Counted from the stretch's first letter, positions 28,204 through 37,342 are shown. The stretch is 64,000 nt of DNA from an uncultured Anaerolineaceae bacterium (GCA_964590515.1 CAZPZD010000001.1:39853-103852); one strand, 5' to 3'. Made by a program: numbers and translations. Notes: generated by a model not told the origin, from the sequence alone.

Positions 28204-28236
28204 GAAAAGTGGGCAACCCCCACTTTTCTTAATAAT
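28204..28236 (+). terminator. intrinsic-terminator-like hairpin in the nusA upstream region
   Basis: Perfect 10-bp stem gaaaagtggg / cccacttttc with a 5-nt loop, followed by TTAATAAT. It could terminate the peptidase operon or act as a nusA leader attenuator. Confidence 0.6.
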
Positions 28237-28293
28237 GGGCTAGATGCACCCGCTCGCAGTGACTCCACGGCGAACAAAAGCAGGGGATGTAGC

Positions 28294-30216
28294 ATGAAGA
28301 GCGAATTCTCGTTGGCTTTCAATGAAATCACAGAACGATTCGGTCTCTCCCGGGACACGGTGATGGGGGCCCTGCAAGCCGCGATGGTGTCGGCCTACCG
28401 CCGCTCCGTGAACGCCTCGACGGCTCAAGCGATCGAGGCCCGAATTGCCTCCGACACGGGCGAAGTTGAAATCTTCGCGGAGAAGGAAGTGGTCGACGCC
28501 GTCGAGAATCCACTCACCGAGGTTTCGCTAGTCGAAGCCCTACGCCACGACCCGAGCGCCGAGATGGGCGGAATGACTCTGGTCGAAACGACTCCTAAGG
28601 ACTTCGGTCGGGTGGCAGCCCAGACCGCCAAGCAAGTCATCTTACAGCGATTGCGAGAGGCCGAGCGCGACGCTCAGTACGAGGAATACGTCGAGCGCGA
28701 GGGGGACCTGGTCCACGGCACCGTACACTCGATCACACCCCAGGCGGTCACGATCGGCCTCGGCCGAGCCGAAGCGATTCTGCCGCGCAACCAGCAGATT
28801 CCGGGAGAACGCTTTCATGTCCGGGATCGGGTGCGAGTCTTCGTGCTCGAAGTCCGCAAGTCCTCCCGAGGTCCGGTGATCGTTGTTTCGCGAACCCACC
28901 CCAACATGCTGCGGCGGCTGCTGGAAATGGAAGTCCCGGAAATCAACCAGGGTCTGGTCGAGATCAAGGCAATCGCCCGGGAAGCCGGCAAAAGGGCCAA
29001 AGTGGCTGTTGCCGCGACCCGAGACGGAGTGGATCCGGTCGGGGCCTGCGTTGGTCTGCGGGGAGTCCGGATTCAGTCCATCGTGCGCGACCTCAACGAC
29101 GAGAAAATCGATGTCATCGAATGGAACGCCGAGTCGGCCGCGTTCATCGCCAAGGCACTGAGCCCGGCTCGAGTATCGGGCGTCTTTCTGGATGACGATC
29201 CCGAGCGAGGCAAGACTGCGGTAGTCGTTGTGCCTGAAGATCAGCTCAGCCTGGCGATCGGCCGGGCAGGAGTCAACGCTCGGCTATCAGCTCGACTGAC
29301 GAATTGGCGGATCGACATCAAGAGCCTGGTCGAAGCGGCGACCGAGGCGCTGAACCGGCTGGCGACCGACGAGTCATATGCAGACATGGCGGCTGCCGAG
29401 GCGGAAATCCTGCCGCAAGTGAAGGCGATCCTCGCAAAGAAAGAAGAAACCCGTCCTGTTACGCCCGAGGAATACCACCAGCTAACCGCCTTCGTGACCC
29501 GGGTGGAACAGCAGGTCATGGCCCGCCGAGTGAGCGAGCGCCTCCGGATCCAGGAACACTTGGAACTGATCCGCCAGCGAGTGCCGGTCGGAGCCTATCA
29601 GACCGGATTGTCAGAGACGGGCCTGAGCAACCGAGTGCTCAATCTGCTGACCGAGGGCGGTTATCTGTCCGCGGGTCAAGTTTTGGAGCAAATGGAACTC
29701 GATCCGGACAAGATCCTAGCCCTTCAGGGGATCGGCCCGAAAGCAATCGTGGAAATCGGCGAAAAGCTGAGATCCATCGAATACCCAGAACCGCTGCCGC
29801 CCGCGGTCATGGCCGAGCCAGCGATAACCGAAGCAGGCGAGGCCGTGCAGACCAATGGGGAAGCCCCCGCAGGGGAGCCGGCCGCGGAAGTCTTACTGCT
29901 GCCGGCCACCGCGGGGGAGACCTCGGAGCCGAGCGAAGGGCAGCCCGTCCCAGAGACCCTGCCCGTCGCCCAGCCGCTAGAAAAGGTCTTCGAGGAAGCT
30001 GTAGAGCTGCTGCAGGGCGCGGTGTTGGAACCCGACGCGGAAGACGAGCCTGAGGGGGCGGAGGCAGTCTTGGAGGGCGCCGAAAAACCCAAGAAGGCCA
30101 AGAAACGCGCCAAGGTCGTGGAGTATGATCCGGATCTGGACACGACCGTGGTCAGGCACACGCACAAATCGGGGGGCGAGCTGGATTGGGATCTGGACGA
30201 GCCCGAAAAATCCTGA
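28294..30216 (+). CDS. nusA: transcription termination/antitermination factor NusA with long C-terminal extension (640 aa)
   Basis: NusA N-terminal domain, S1 (GDLVHGTVHSITPQAVTIGLG), KH1/KH2 (DPVGACVGLRGVRIQ, LAIGRAGVNARL), then an HhH module and an acidic tail. Confidence 0.93.
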   Translation: MKSEFSLAFNEITERFGLSRDTVMGALQAAMVSAYRRSVNASTAQAIEARIASDTGEVEIFAEKEVVDAVENPLTEVSLVEALRHDPSAEMGGMTLVETTPKDFGRVAAQTAKQVILQRLREAERDAQYEEYVEREGDLVHGTVHSITPQAVTIGLGRAEAILPRNQQIPGERFHVRDRVRVFVLEVRKSSRGPVIVVSRTHPNMLRRLLEMEVPEINQGLVEIKAIAREAGKRAKVAVAATRDGVDPVGACVGLRGVRIQSIVRDLNDEKIDVIEWNAESAAFIAKALSPARVSGVFLDDDPERGKTAVVVVPEDQLSLAIGRAGVNARLSARLTNWRIDIKSLVEAATEALNRLATDESYADMAAAEAEILPQVKAILAKKEETRPVTPEEYHQLTAFVTRVEQQVMARRVSERLRIQEHLELIRQRVPVGAYQTGLSETGLSNRVLNLLTEGGYLSAGQVLEQMELDPDKILALQGIGPKAIVEIGEKLRSIEYPEPLPPAVMAEPAITEAGEAVQTNGEAPAGEPAAEVLLLPATAGETSEPSEGQPVPETLPVAQPLEKVFEEAVELLQGAVLEPDAEDEPEGAEAVLEGAEKPKKAKKRAKVVEYDPDLDTTVVRHTHKSGGELDWDLDEPEKS

Positions 30217-30231
30217 GATCGTTGCCAGGTC

Positions 30232-30510
30232 GTGTCTCCTAGAACCGGAAAACACGTCCCCCAGCGGACCTGCGTCGGGTGCCGGGAAGTGCTTGCAATA
30301 CGATCTCTGGTCCGAGTCGTTCACACCCCGCAGGGGGTGAGGATTGACCCGAGTTCCAAGGCCCAAGGACGGGGGGCCTATGTGCATGACCGTCGCGAAT
30401 GCTGGGAGGCCGCCTTCAAAGGTTCGCTCGCCCGGGCGCTGCGAGTTGAGCTTTCCGCGGCCGATCGAAACGAACTGGAGCTGTACGTAAGCAGGTTGCC
30501 AATCCCCTAG
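30232..30510 (+). CDS. ylxR: YlxR/RnpM family (DUF448) RNA-binding protein
   Basis: QRTCVGCREV...GRGAYVH motif. It sits in the canonical position between nusA and infB. Confidence 0.85.
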   Translation: MSPRTGKHVPQRTCVGCREVLAIRSLVRVVHTPQGVRIDPSSKAQGRGAYVHDRRECWEAAFKGSLARALRVELSAADRNELELYVSRLPIP

Positions 30511-30558
30511 GCCGCCGGACTGCTCGCTCCGTCGCGGCCAAGCAGTTGGAGGTGCGAT

Positions 30559-32349
30559 GTGAGTGAGAACGGACACACCCTGATTGAAATCCCGCAGAGC
30601 CTTACCGTCCGCGAGCTGGCGGACCGGATCGAAGCCAGCCCCATCGATGTCATAAAACAATTGATGGCCAATGGTGTGATGGCCAATATCAATCAACAGA
30701 TCGATTTCGACACGGCGGCGATCGTGATCGCCGAGTTTGGTTTCGAGGCCCTTCCCCTGAAGACATCCCAGGCCGAGGCCGGGGTTGAGCAGGCCGAGCT
30801 TCCCCTCTGGCGGCGAATGCTCGGTGACGAAGACCCTGCTTCGCTGGTGATCCGCCCTCCGGTGGTGACGATCCTCGGCCATGTCGACCATGGAAAGACG
30901 ACTCTGCTCGATGCAATCCGCAAGACCGAAGTCGCGGCGGGAGAGGCTGGCGGCATCACCCAGCATATTGGCGCTTACCAAGTCAGCCACAACGATCGTT
31001 CAATCACGTTTCTAGACACACCCGGTCATGCCGCCTTTACTGCCATGCGGGCCCGCGGGGCGCAAGGGGCCGACATCGCGGTCCTGGTGGTAGCCGCTGA
31101 CGACGGAGTGATGCCTCAGACCCGGGAGGCGCTTGCCCACGCCCGGGCTGCCAGAGTCCCCATCGTCGTGGCTTTGAACAAGATTGATCGGCCGAATGCC
31201 AATCAGGACAAGGTGAAACAGGAGCTGGCAGACCTCGGGCTGGTGCCGGACGAATGGGACGGGAACACGATGGTCGTGCCGGTTTCGGCCAAGCAGGGTA
31301 CCGGGATTGAAGATCTGCTCGAGGCGATCTTGCTGGTTGCTGACTCGACCGAAATCCGCTCCAATCCAACCGGGAAGGTATTGGGAACCGTGGTCGAGGG
31401 GCAACTGGACAAGGCCAAGGGTGTGATCGCGAGCCTGCTGGTCCAGAATGGCACCCTGCGGGTGGGCAAGATCGTGATCGCAGGTGAGGCCTACGGGCGG
31501 GTGAAGGCGATGTTCGACCATCTTGGCAACTCGATCCAACAAGCTCCTCCCTCGACCCCGGCCTCGGTGCTCGGTCTCTCAGCTGTCCCGCATGCCGGAG
31601 ATCTGTTCTATGTTGTGGAATCGGAGCGGGAGGCCAAGGCGCTGGTCAAGAAACTTCAGGAGAGCCCGACCGAGGTGGCTGCTGTCAGACCCGGGCGGAC
31701 TTTGGACCAGATCTTTGAGGCTTTCCAGGCAGGAGCCGCCAAAGAATTGCGGCTGGTCGTTAAGGCAGATGTTCAGGGCTCACTCGAACCGATCATCTCG
31801 TCGCTGAACGCACTGAGCGTCGGCGACATTGGGATCAACGTACTGCATTGGGCGACCGGAAACATCGGCGAAGACGACGTGATGCTGGCGGCCGCCTCTG
31901 AGGCGATTGTGATCGGGTTCAATGTGACACCGGACACTCCAGCCAAGCGCCTGGCCGAAACCCGCCGGGTTGACATTCGAGTCTACGACGTGATCTACCG
32001 GCTGACAGAGGACATTGAGAAGGCGCTGAAGGGCATGCTCGAGCCGGAGAGGCGAACGACCGAGATCGGAAGGGCCGAAGTGCTGCAGGTATTTCGCATT
32101 CCGAAGATCGGCAATATTGCCGGCTCCCGAGTGACCTCGGGGGAGCTGCGCCGCAACGCGAAGATCCGGGTGGTTCGGGCTGACGAGGTCCTGCACGAAG
32201 GTTCAGTCTCCTCACTCAAGCATGAGAAGGACGACGTGCGAGAGGTTCGAGAGGGGTTTGAATGCGGGGTTGGACTGAAGGGCTTCGACGCCTTCGAGCA
32301 GGGCGACACCCTGGTCGCCTTCACCGAGGAGATGGTCGCGGTCGAGTAG
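30559..32349 (+). CDS. infB: translation initiation factor IF-2 (short form, 596 aa)
   Basis: GTG start. IF2_N region, then G domain [17 protein letters not shown] and NKID, followed by the C-terminal IF2 domains. Confidence 0.95.
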   Translation: MSENGHTLIEIPQSLTVRELADRIEASPIDVIKQLMANGVMANINQQIDFDTAAIVIAEFGFEALPLKTSQAEAGVEQAELPLWRRMLGDEDPASLVIRPPVVTILGHVDHGKTTLLDAIRKTEVAAGEAGGITQHIGAYQVSHNDRSITFLDTPGHAAFTAMRARGAQGADIAVLVVAADDGVMPQTREALAHARAARVPIVVALNKIDRPNANQDKVKQELADLGLVPDEWDGNTMVVPVSAKQGTGIEDLLEAILLVADSTEIRSNPTGKVLGTVVEGQLDKAKGVIASLLVQNGTLRVGKIVIAGEAYGRVKAMFDHLGNSIQQAPPSTPASVLGLSAVPHAGDLFYVVESEREAKALVKKLQESPTEVAAVRPGRTLDQIFEAFQAGAAKELRLVVKADVQGSLEPIISSLNALSVGDIGINVLHWATGNIGEDDVMLAAASEAIVIGFNVTPDTPAKRLAETRRVDIRVYDVIYRLTEDIEKALKGMLEPERRTTEIGRAEVLQVFRIPKIGNIAGSRVTSGELRRNAKIRVVRADEVLHEGSVSSLKHEKDDVREVREGFECGVGLKGFDAFEQGDTLVAFTEEMVAVE

Positions 32350-32359
32350 GTCTCCGAAA

Positions 32360-32713
32360 GTGCCAAGCGAGATGCGTGCCCGCAGGGTCGCCGACCGGAT
32401 TGCCCGGGAGCTGGCGATCCTGCTTCAACGTGAAGTGGCGGATCCGCGACTGAGCGGGCTGACCGTGACCGGAGTGGAGGTCGATCGCGAGTTGGCCTTC
32501 GCCACGGTTTACGTCGCGGCCCAAGCGCCCGAGCAGGTGTTGCTGCCGGCTCTCGTGCGGGCGCGGGGCTTCTTGCGGCACCAGCTCGCGGCCCGTATCC
32601 CGATGCGGGCGTTCCCCCAGCTGAGGTTCCGTTGGGACGATTCACCGGATCGGGGCGCCCGAGTGGATGAACTCCTGGCTCGATTGAAATCGGAGACCCC
32701 GGATGAGGAGTGA
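32360..32713 (+). CDS. rbfA: ribosome-binding factor A
   Basis: RARRVADRIARELAILLQREVADPRL...VTGVEVDRELAFATVYV follows the RbfA pattern. Synteny after infB supports the call. Confidence 0.9.
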   Translation: MPSEMRARRVADRIARELAILLQREVADPRLSGLTVTGVEVDRELAFATVYVAAQAPEQVLLPALVRARGFLRHQLAARIPMRAFPQLRFRWDDSPDRGARVDELLARLKSETPDEE

Positions 32714-33665
32714 GGTCGTCCGGGCCAAGCAACTGCTCGACGGTGCGGCCCGAATTGCGGTCGTGGCCCACGAACGACCCGACGGCGACGCAGTGGGTTC
32801 GATGCTGGGGCTCTGCCTCAGCCTGCGCGAACGGGGAAAGCAGACCCACGCCGTCCTAGCGGGCGGCCTGCCCGGTCGCTTCGCATTTTTGCCCGGGGCG
32901 GGCGAGGTCGAGCGCCGGATCCCCGAGGGCGAGATTCTGGTGGTAGCCGTCGATGCCGCTGAATTGGACCGCATCGGGCTTCCAGATGTACGGCAAGTCG
33001 ACATCAACTTCGACCACCACCCCACCAACACATATTACGCGGCGGTCAACCTGGTGGACCCTGACGCCCCGGCCACAACGTCCTTGCTTTATCGACTGGC
33101 ACCCGAGCTCGGACTGCCGATCACGCCTGCAGTGGCCGCTAACCTGCTCACCGGGCTGCTCACCGATACGATCGGCTTTCGTACGCCCAATGTCACGGCA
33201 GACACCCTGCGCCTGGCCGCCGATCTGATCGACGCGGGGGCGGATCTCGAGCGGGCCTATCGCAAGGGTTTGGTCGAGCGAACATTCCTGGCGGTCCGCT
33301 ATTGGGGCCAGGGCCTCTCGAAATTGGAGCGCCGGGGCGAGCTGGTCTGGGCCAGTTTGAGCCTGGCCGACCGGAAGTTGGTGGGATATCCGGGCCCCGA
33401 TGACGCGGACCTTATCGAGCTGCTCACCAGCATCCAGGAAGCACGGGTGACCGTCATATTCGTTGAACAGTCGGAGAACCAGGTCAAGGTCAGCTGGCGC
33501 AGCCGTCCGGGAGTCGATGTCGCCCGGCTGGCCGCCCAATTTGGGGGAGGCGGCCACACCCTGGCCGCCGGCGCCATTATTAAGGGTGGATTGCAGCCGG
33601 TAATTGAGCAGGTGTTGGCGGCTACCGGGGCCGCAATCCGGCCGATCGAGCAGACGAGCTCATGA
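32703..33665 (+). CDS. DHH/DHHA1 phosphoesterase (NrnA-like nanoRNase / pAp phosphatase)
   Basis: VVAHERPDGDAVGS, NFDHHPTN and a C-terminal GGGHTLAAGA (DHHA1). The position between rbfA and truB matches many Gram-positive lineages. Confidence 0.8.
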   Translation: MRSEVVRAKQLLDGAARIAVVAHERPDGDAVGSMLGLCLSLRERGKQTHAVLAGGLPGRFAFLPGAGEVERRIPEGEILVVAVDAAELDRIGLPDVRQVDINFDHHPTNTYYAAVNLVDPDAPATTSLLYRLAPELGLPITPAVAANLLTGLLTDTIGFRTPNVTADTLRLAADLIDAGADLERAYRKGLVERTFLAVRYWGQGLSKLERRGELVWASLSLADRKLVGYPGPDDADLIELLTSIQEARVTVIFVEQSENQVKVSWRSRPGVDVARLAAQFGGGGHTLAAGAIIKGGLQPVIEQVLAATGAAIRPIEQTSS

Positions 33666-34543
33666 CCGCGTTCGGGATTATCGTCGTGGACAAGCCGGTC
33701 GGTCCGACCTCCCACTTCGTGGTAGACGCAGTGCGCCGGGGGACGGGGGTGTCAAAAGTGGGGCACGCCGGCACCCTCGATCCGCGGGCCTCCGGAGTTC
33801 TCGTACTCTGCCTCGGCCCGGCGACCCGCCTCAGTGAGTATCTCTCTCGTACGACAAAAGGCTACGAGGCCCAAGTCCAATTTGGCAAATCGACCGAGAC
33901 TTACGACGGAGAGGGCGCCGCGGTCAAGGACACCGGCAAGTCGCCTGCCCTCGAGGACATTCTCAGTGCGCTGCCGGGATTTCGCGGAGACATCCAGCAG
34001 GTCCCACCTCCGTATAGCGCGGTCAAAGTGATGGGCAAGAAGGCCTATCAGCTGGCCCGGGAGGGGAAGCCGGTGGAGCTGGAGCCGCGCGCCGTGACCA
34101 TCTTCAAACTGGAGCCGCTCGAGTATCAGCCCCCACATCTCATCCTGTGGGTTGAGTGCTCAGCCGGCACCTACATTCGGTCGCTTGCGCACGATCTGGG
34201 GGAACTGCTCTCGTGTGGCGCGCACCTTTCGCAACTGCGTCGAGTCAAAGCCGGCCCGTACACGTTGAATGAGGCGGTGGGGCTGCCTACGCTGCAGCGT
34301 GCGATGGCGGACGGCTCATGGCCGGCATACCTTCGCCCGGCAGCCGATGCGCTTCCTGACCTTCCGATTGTCAACCTCGAGCCGGAGGAACTGGAGTTGG
34401 TTCGGAATGGGCTGATGATTCCAACCCAAACCGTTCCACAGGGTCTGGCCCGGGGTCTGGCCCCGAACGGCGAGCTGGCCGCGATCCTCGAAGCGATCGA
34501 TGGCAGCCAGCAGTGGCACCCGCGCAAGGTCTTCCTGGTCTGA
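33662..34543 (+). CDS. truB: tRNA pseudouridine(55) synthase TruB
   Basis: GHAGTLDPRASGVLVL catalytic Asp motif and a PUA-like C-terminus. Confidence 0.92.
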   Translation: MTAFGIIVVDKPVGPTSHFVVDAVRRGTGVSKVGHAGTLDPRASGVLVLCLGPATRLSEYLSRTTKGYEAQVQFGKSTETYDGEGAAVKDTGKSPALEDILSALPGFRGDIQQVPPPYSAVKVMGKKAYQLAREGKPVELEPRAVTIFKLEPLEYQPPHLILWVECSAGTYIRSLAHDLGELLSCGAHLSQLRRVKAGPYTLNEAVGLPTLQRAMADGSWPAYLRPAADALPDLPIVNLEPEELELVRNGLMIPTQTVPQGLARGLAPNGELAAILEAIDGSQQWHPRKVFLV

Positions 34544-35530
34544 ATGCAGCACGTCCACGATCTCGCCGAAGTCCAGCTCGATGGCTCCGCGCTGACGATC
34601 GGATCGTTCGATGGCGTGCATCGCGGCCATCAGGATCTGCTGGGCCGAATGCTCTCCGCTGCCCGGGGCCGTGGCCTTCCCTCGGTTGTGCTGACTTTCT
34701 ATCCGCATCCCTCCGTAGTGCTGCGGGGCCGCAAGCCGGCCTTTTACATCACCTCGCCCGAGGAACGGGCCAGCCTGCTGGAAGACTTGGGGATCGACCT
34801 CGTCATCACCCAGACCTTCGATCTCGAATTGTCCCGGGTCGAAGCGCCCGAGTTCCTTGACCGGTTGACGGCTCAGCTGGGGTTTCAAGACCTGTGGGCC
34901 GGGGAGGACTTTGCCCTGGGCCATGAGCGCCGTGGCAACCGGCACTATCTGACCCAGGTGAGTGTCGAACGGGAATTCCGGTTCCACCTCGTGCTCCCTT
35001 TCCTGCAGGAAGGTGAGGTGGTGAGCTCAACTCGGGTGCGCGAAGCCCTGCGCTCCGGCGATGTAGCGAGAGCCGCCGGCTACCTTGGACGGCCCTTCGA
35101 ACTCCCGGGTAGAGTGACGCATGGAGCCGGGCGTGGCAAGCAGCTAGGCATACCGACGGCCAACTTGGAAGTCTGGGAGGAACGCGCCGTTCCGGGAGTT
35201 GGGATCTATGCCTGCCTGGCAGAATTGGAGGGGGAGCGGAAACCGGCTGTGGTCAGCATCGGGTTTCGGCCGACTTTCGAGGAGGCGCTCACCACGCCGG
35301 TCGTCGAGGCCCACCTGCTCGACTTCGACGGCGATTTGTACGATCGGGATTTGAAACTGGTCTTCATAGAGCGTTTGAGGGATGAACGACGGTTTTCGGG
35401 GCCGGAAACTCTAGTCGATCAGATCGAAAGAGACATTCTGCGCGCCCGCGAGCTGCTCGGCCGGGCTGGGCTTGCGACCCTCGGCCCCGCGAGAAGGGCT
35501 CAGCCACCAAGCTCGGCCAGGGCCGCCTGA
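34544..35530 (+). CDS. ribF: bifunctional riboflavin kinase / FMN adenylyltransferase
   Basis: GSFDGVHRGHQ, and a riboflavin kinase half (GRGKQLGIPTANL, YGRDLKLVF). The last ~23 aa run into the 3' end of the convergent methyltransferase gene. Confidence 0.92.
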   Translation: MQHVHDLAEVQLDGSALTIGSFDGVHRGHQDLLGRMLSAARGRGLPSVVLTFYPHPSVVLRGRKPAFYITSPEERASLLEDLGIDLVITQTFDLELSRVEAPEFLDRLTAQLGFQDLWAGEDFALGHERRGNRHYLTQVSVEREFRFHLVLPFLQEGEVVSSTRVREALRSGDVARAAGYLGRPFELPGRVTHGAGRGKQLGIPTANLEVWEERAVPGVGIYACLAELEGERKPAVVSIGFRPTFEEALTTPVVEAHLLDFDGDLYDRDLKLVFIERLRDERRFSGPETLVDQIERDILRARELLGRAGLATLGPARRAQPPSSARAA

Positions 35531-36390
35531 ATTCGCTGCTCTGCAAGTTGGACATAGGCCGGGTCGGTCTCATAGCCCACATAGGATCGTCGGTTTTGCA
35601 GGGCCGCCACACAAGTGGTCCCCGAGCCGACGAACGGATCCAACACCACGTCCCCCCGATAGCTGTAGAGTTTGATCAGCCGCTCCGGGAGCTCCAGCGG
35701 AAAGGGTGCCGGATGGCCCACCAAGCGGGCGGAGGCGGCGGGGATTCGCCAGACGCTCTTGGTCCATTCCAAGAATTCATCTCGCTCGATCGTACTCTCG
35801 CGGCCGTTCGCCTTTCTGGCGAACGCCTCCTTTGAGAAGATCAGAATGTACTCATGGACGTCGCGCAGGACCGGGTTGGTCGCTGCCCGCCACGATCCCC
35901 AGGCCGTGGAGGCTGCCGCGCTGGCCGCCTTGTCCCAAATAATCTCGCCCCGCATCTGGAATCCGAGCTCCAACATGTCCTGAATCAGATAGGCATGCAG
36001 CGGGATGTAGGGCTTGCGGCCGAGGTTGGCCACGTTAACGCAAGCTCGCCCTCCGGTGACCAGCACCCGGTAGGTCTCCGAAAACACCCGCCTGAGCAAG
36101 CCGCGATATTCCTCGAGCGACAAATCCTTATCGTATTCCTTGCTGGCGTTGTACGGCGGGGAGGTCACCATCAGGTGAATGCTGCTGTCCGGGAGCTCCG
36201 GCATCTGCTCGGAAGACTTCAGGTACAGCCGGTCGTGCAGTTCTGGAGGCAGGCTCCGCTCTGTCGCCTCGGTGGGCGGCTTCGGCGGCCGATCCGAGTA
36301 TAGCCGGCTGGAATAGAACGAGGAGGCATCATGGCTCGAGCGGCCACCGGAGCCGAACTTGCTGGTATGAGTGCGTTTGCGAGCGGCCAT
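35500..36390 (-). CDS. site-specific DNA methyltransferase, beta class (motif IV SPPY before motif I), N4-C or N6-A
   Basis: DSSIHLMVTSPPYNASKEYD (motif IV) lies upstream of VLDPFVGSGTTCVAA (motif I). ATG 36390 lies 2 nt after the era stop. No endonuclease gene is nearby. Confidence 0.85.
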   Translation of the reverse strand: MAARKRTHTSKFGSGGRSSHDASSFYSSRLYSDRPPKPPTEATERSLPPELHDRLYLKSSEQMPELPDSSIHLMVTSPPYNASKEYDKDLSLEEYRGLLRRVFSETYRVLVTGGRACVNVANLGRKPYIPLHAYLIQDMLELGFQMRGEIIWDKAASAAASTAWGSWRAATNPVLRDVHEYILIFSKEAFARKANGRESTIERDEFLEWTKSVWRIPAASARLVGHPAPFPLELPERLIKLYSYRGDVVLDPFVGSGTTCVAALQNRRSYVGYETDPAYVQLAEQRIQAALAELGG

Positions 36391-36392
36391 CC

Positions 36393-37307
36393 TCAGGACC
36401 TGCGGCCGGAACTGTGCGAAAGATAACCCAGCCGGCGAAGTGCCTGTTCGTCGTTCCGCCACTTTGGGAGTACTTTGACCCGCAACTGTAAATAGATTCT
36501 TCGTCCGGACATTCGTTCAATATCCTTCCGCGCCCGGATTCCGATCTCCCGCAGCATGTGTCCACCCTTCCCGATCACGATCCCCTTCTGCGATTCCCGT
36601 TCTACGAACAGGGTGGCAGCAATCCAGGCCCCGCGCCCATTCCGCTCCTGGAATTCATCGATCAGGACGGCGATACTATGGGGGACTTCCTGCCGCAACA
36701 CCTGCAACGCAGCCGCTCGGATCAGGTCCGCCGCCAGCTCGCGCTCGTGGCTGTCGGTGAGCTCGGTGTCCGGAAAGAAGGGCGGGCCGGCGGGCAGCCG
36801 TGCGACGATTCCCTCCAGGAGTTGATCGAGATTATCTCCTCGGGTGGCCGAGACACCGTAGACTGGAGCGGCAGGCAGCAGCTGCTCGTAGGCCTCCCAA
36901 TTTGCCTGGAGGGCGGCCGGCCGGATCAAGTCGATCTTGTTGAATGCGGCCAGGTGTGGCTTCTGGCTGGAGGTTACCGCGCCAGCTACCCGCCGGTCGT
37001 CGGGGGAAGGCCCGCGGCTCAAATCGAACAGGCACACCACCAGGTCTGCATCTCGGAGCGCCTCATGAGCGCGCTCGTCCAGGACCGCTCCCAACCGATG
37101 CCGGGGTGAGTGCATTCCAGGGGCATCGACGAACACCACCTGAGCGGCCGGTAGGGTCAGGATTCCAAGCTGCCGCCGATGGGTGGTCTGCGGCCGGGGG
37201 GAAACTGGCAGGATGCTCTCGCCGAGATACCGGTTCACCAGGGTCGATTTCCCCACGCTGGGTCGCCCCGCCACCGCGACGTAACCGGCCCGATGCTCGC
37301 TGCTCAC
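36393..37307 (-). CDS. era: GTPase Era
   Basis: GYVAVAGRPSVGKSTLVN, DAPG and NKID G motifs, and a C-terminal KH domain (GKGGHMLREIG). GTG start. Confidence 0.93.
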   Translation of the reverse strand: MSSEHRAGYVAVAGRPSVGKSTLVNRYLGESILPVSPRPQTTHRRQLGILTLPAAQVVFVDAPGMHSPRHRLGAVLDERAHEALRDADLVVCLFDLSRGPSPDDRRVAGAVTSSQKPHLAAFNKIDLIRPAALQANWEAYEQLLPAAPVYGVSATRGDNLDQLLEGIVARLPAGPPFFPDTELTDSHERELAADLIRAAALQVLRQEVPHSIAVLIDEFQERNGRGAWIAATLFVERESQKGIVIGKGGHMLREIGIRARKDIERMSGRRIYLQLRVKVLPKWRNDEQALRRLGYLSHSSGRRS

Positions 37308-37313
37308 CCCGGA

Positions 37314-37342
37314 ATTCTCCGAGCAAGTCGGCAGGGTGTCAA
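37314..37342 (-). promoter_or_regulatory. sigma70-type promoter TTGACA-17nt-GAGAAT, with the -10 only 6 nt from the era start codon (leaderless candidate)
   Basis: On the minus strand, TTGACA is at 37342-37337, the spacer is 17 nt, GAGAAT is at 37319-37314, and the GTG is at 37307. Confidence 0.5.

Noticed and set aside
28191-28232. 13-codon upstream ORF (MVWFRKVGNPHFS) spanning the hairpin before nusA, considered as a leader-peptide attenuator.
   Set aside because: It has no Shine-Dalgarno and no run of regulatory codons, and there is no alternative antiterminator structure that I could fold by eye. It is kept only as a note within the nusA-leader finding.
35500-37307. The methyltransferase as part of a restriction-modification or other defence system.
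   Set aside because: No endonuclease, specificity, helicase or ATPase partner is present. The flanking genes are era and ribF. It is reported instead as an orphan methyltransferase.
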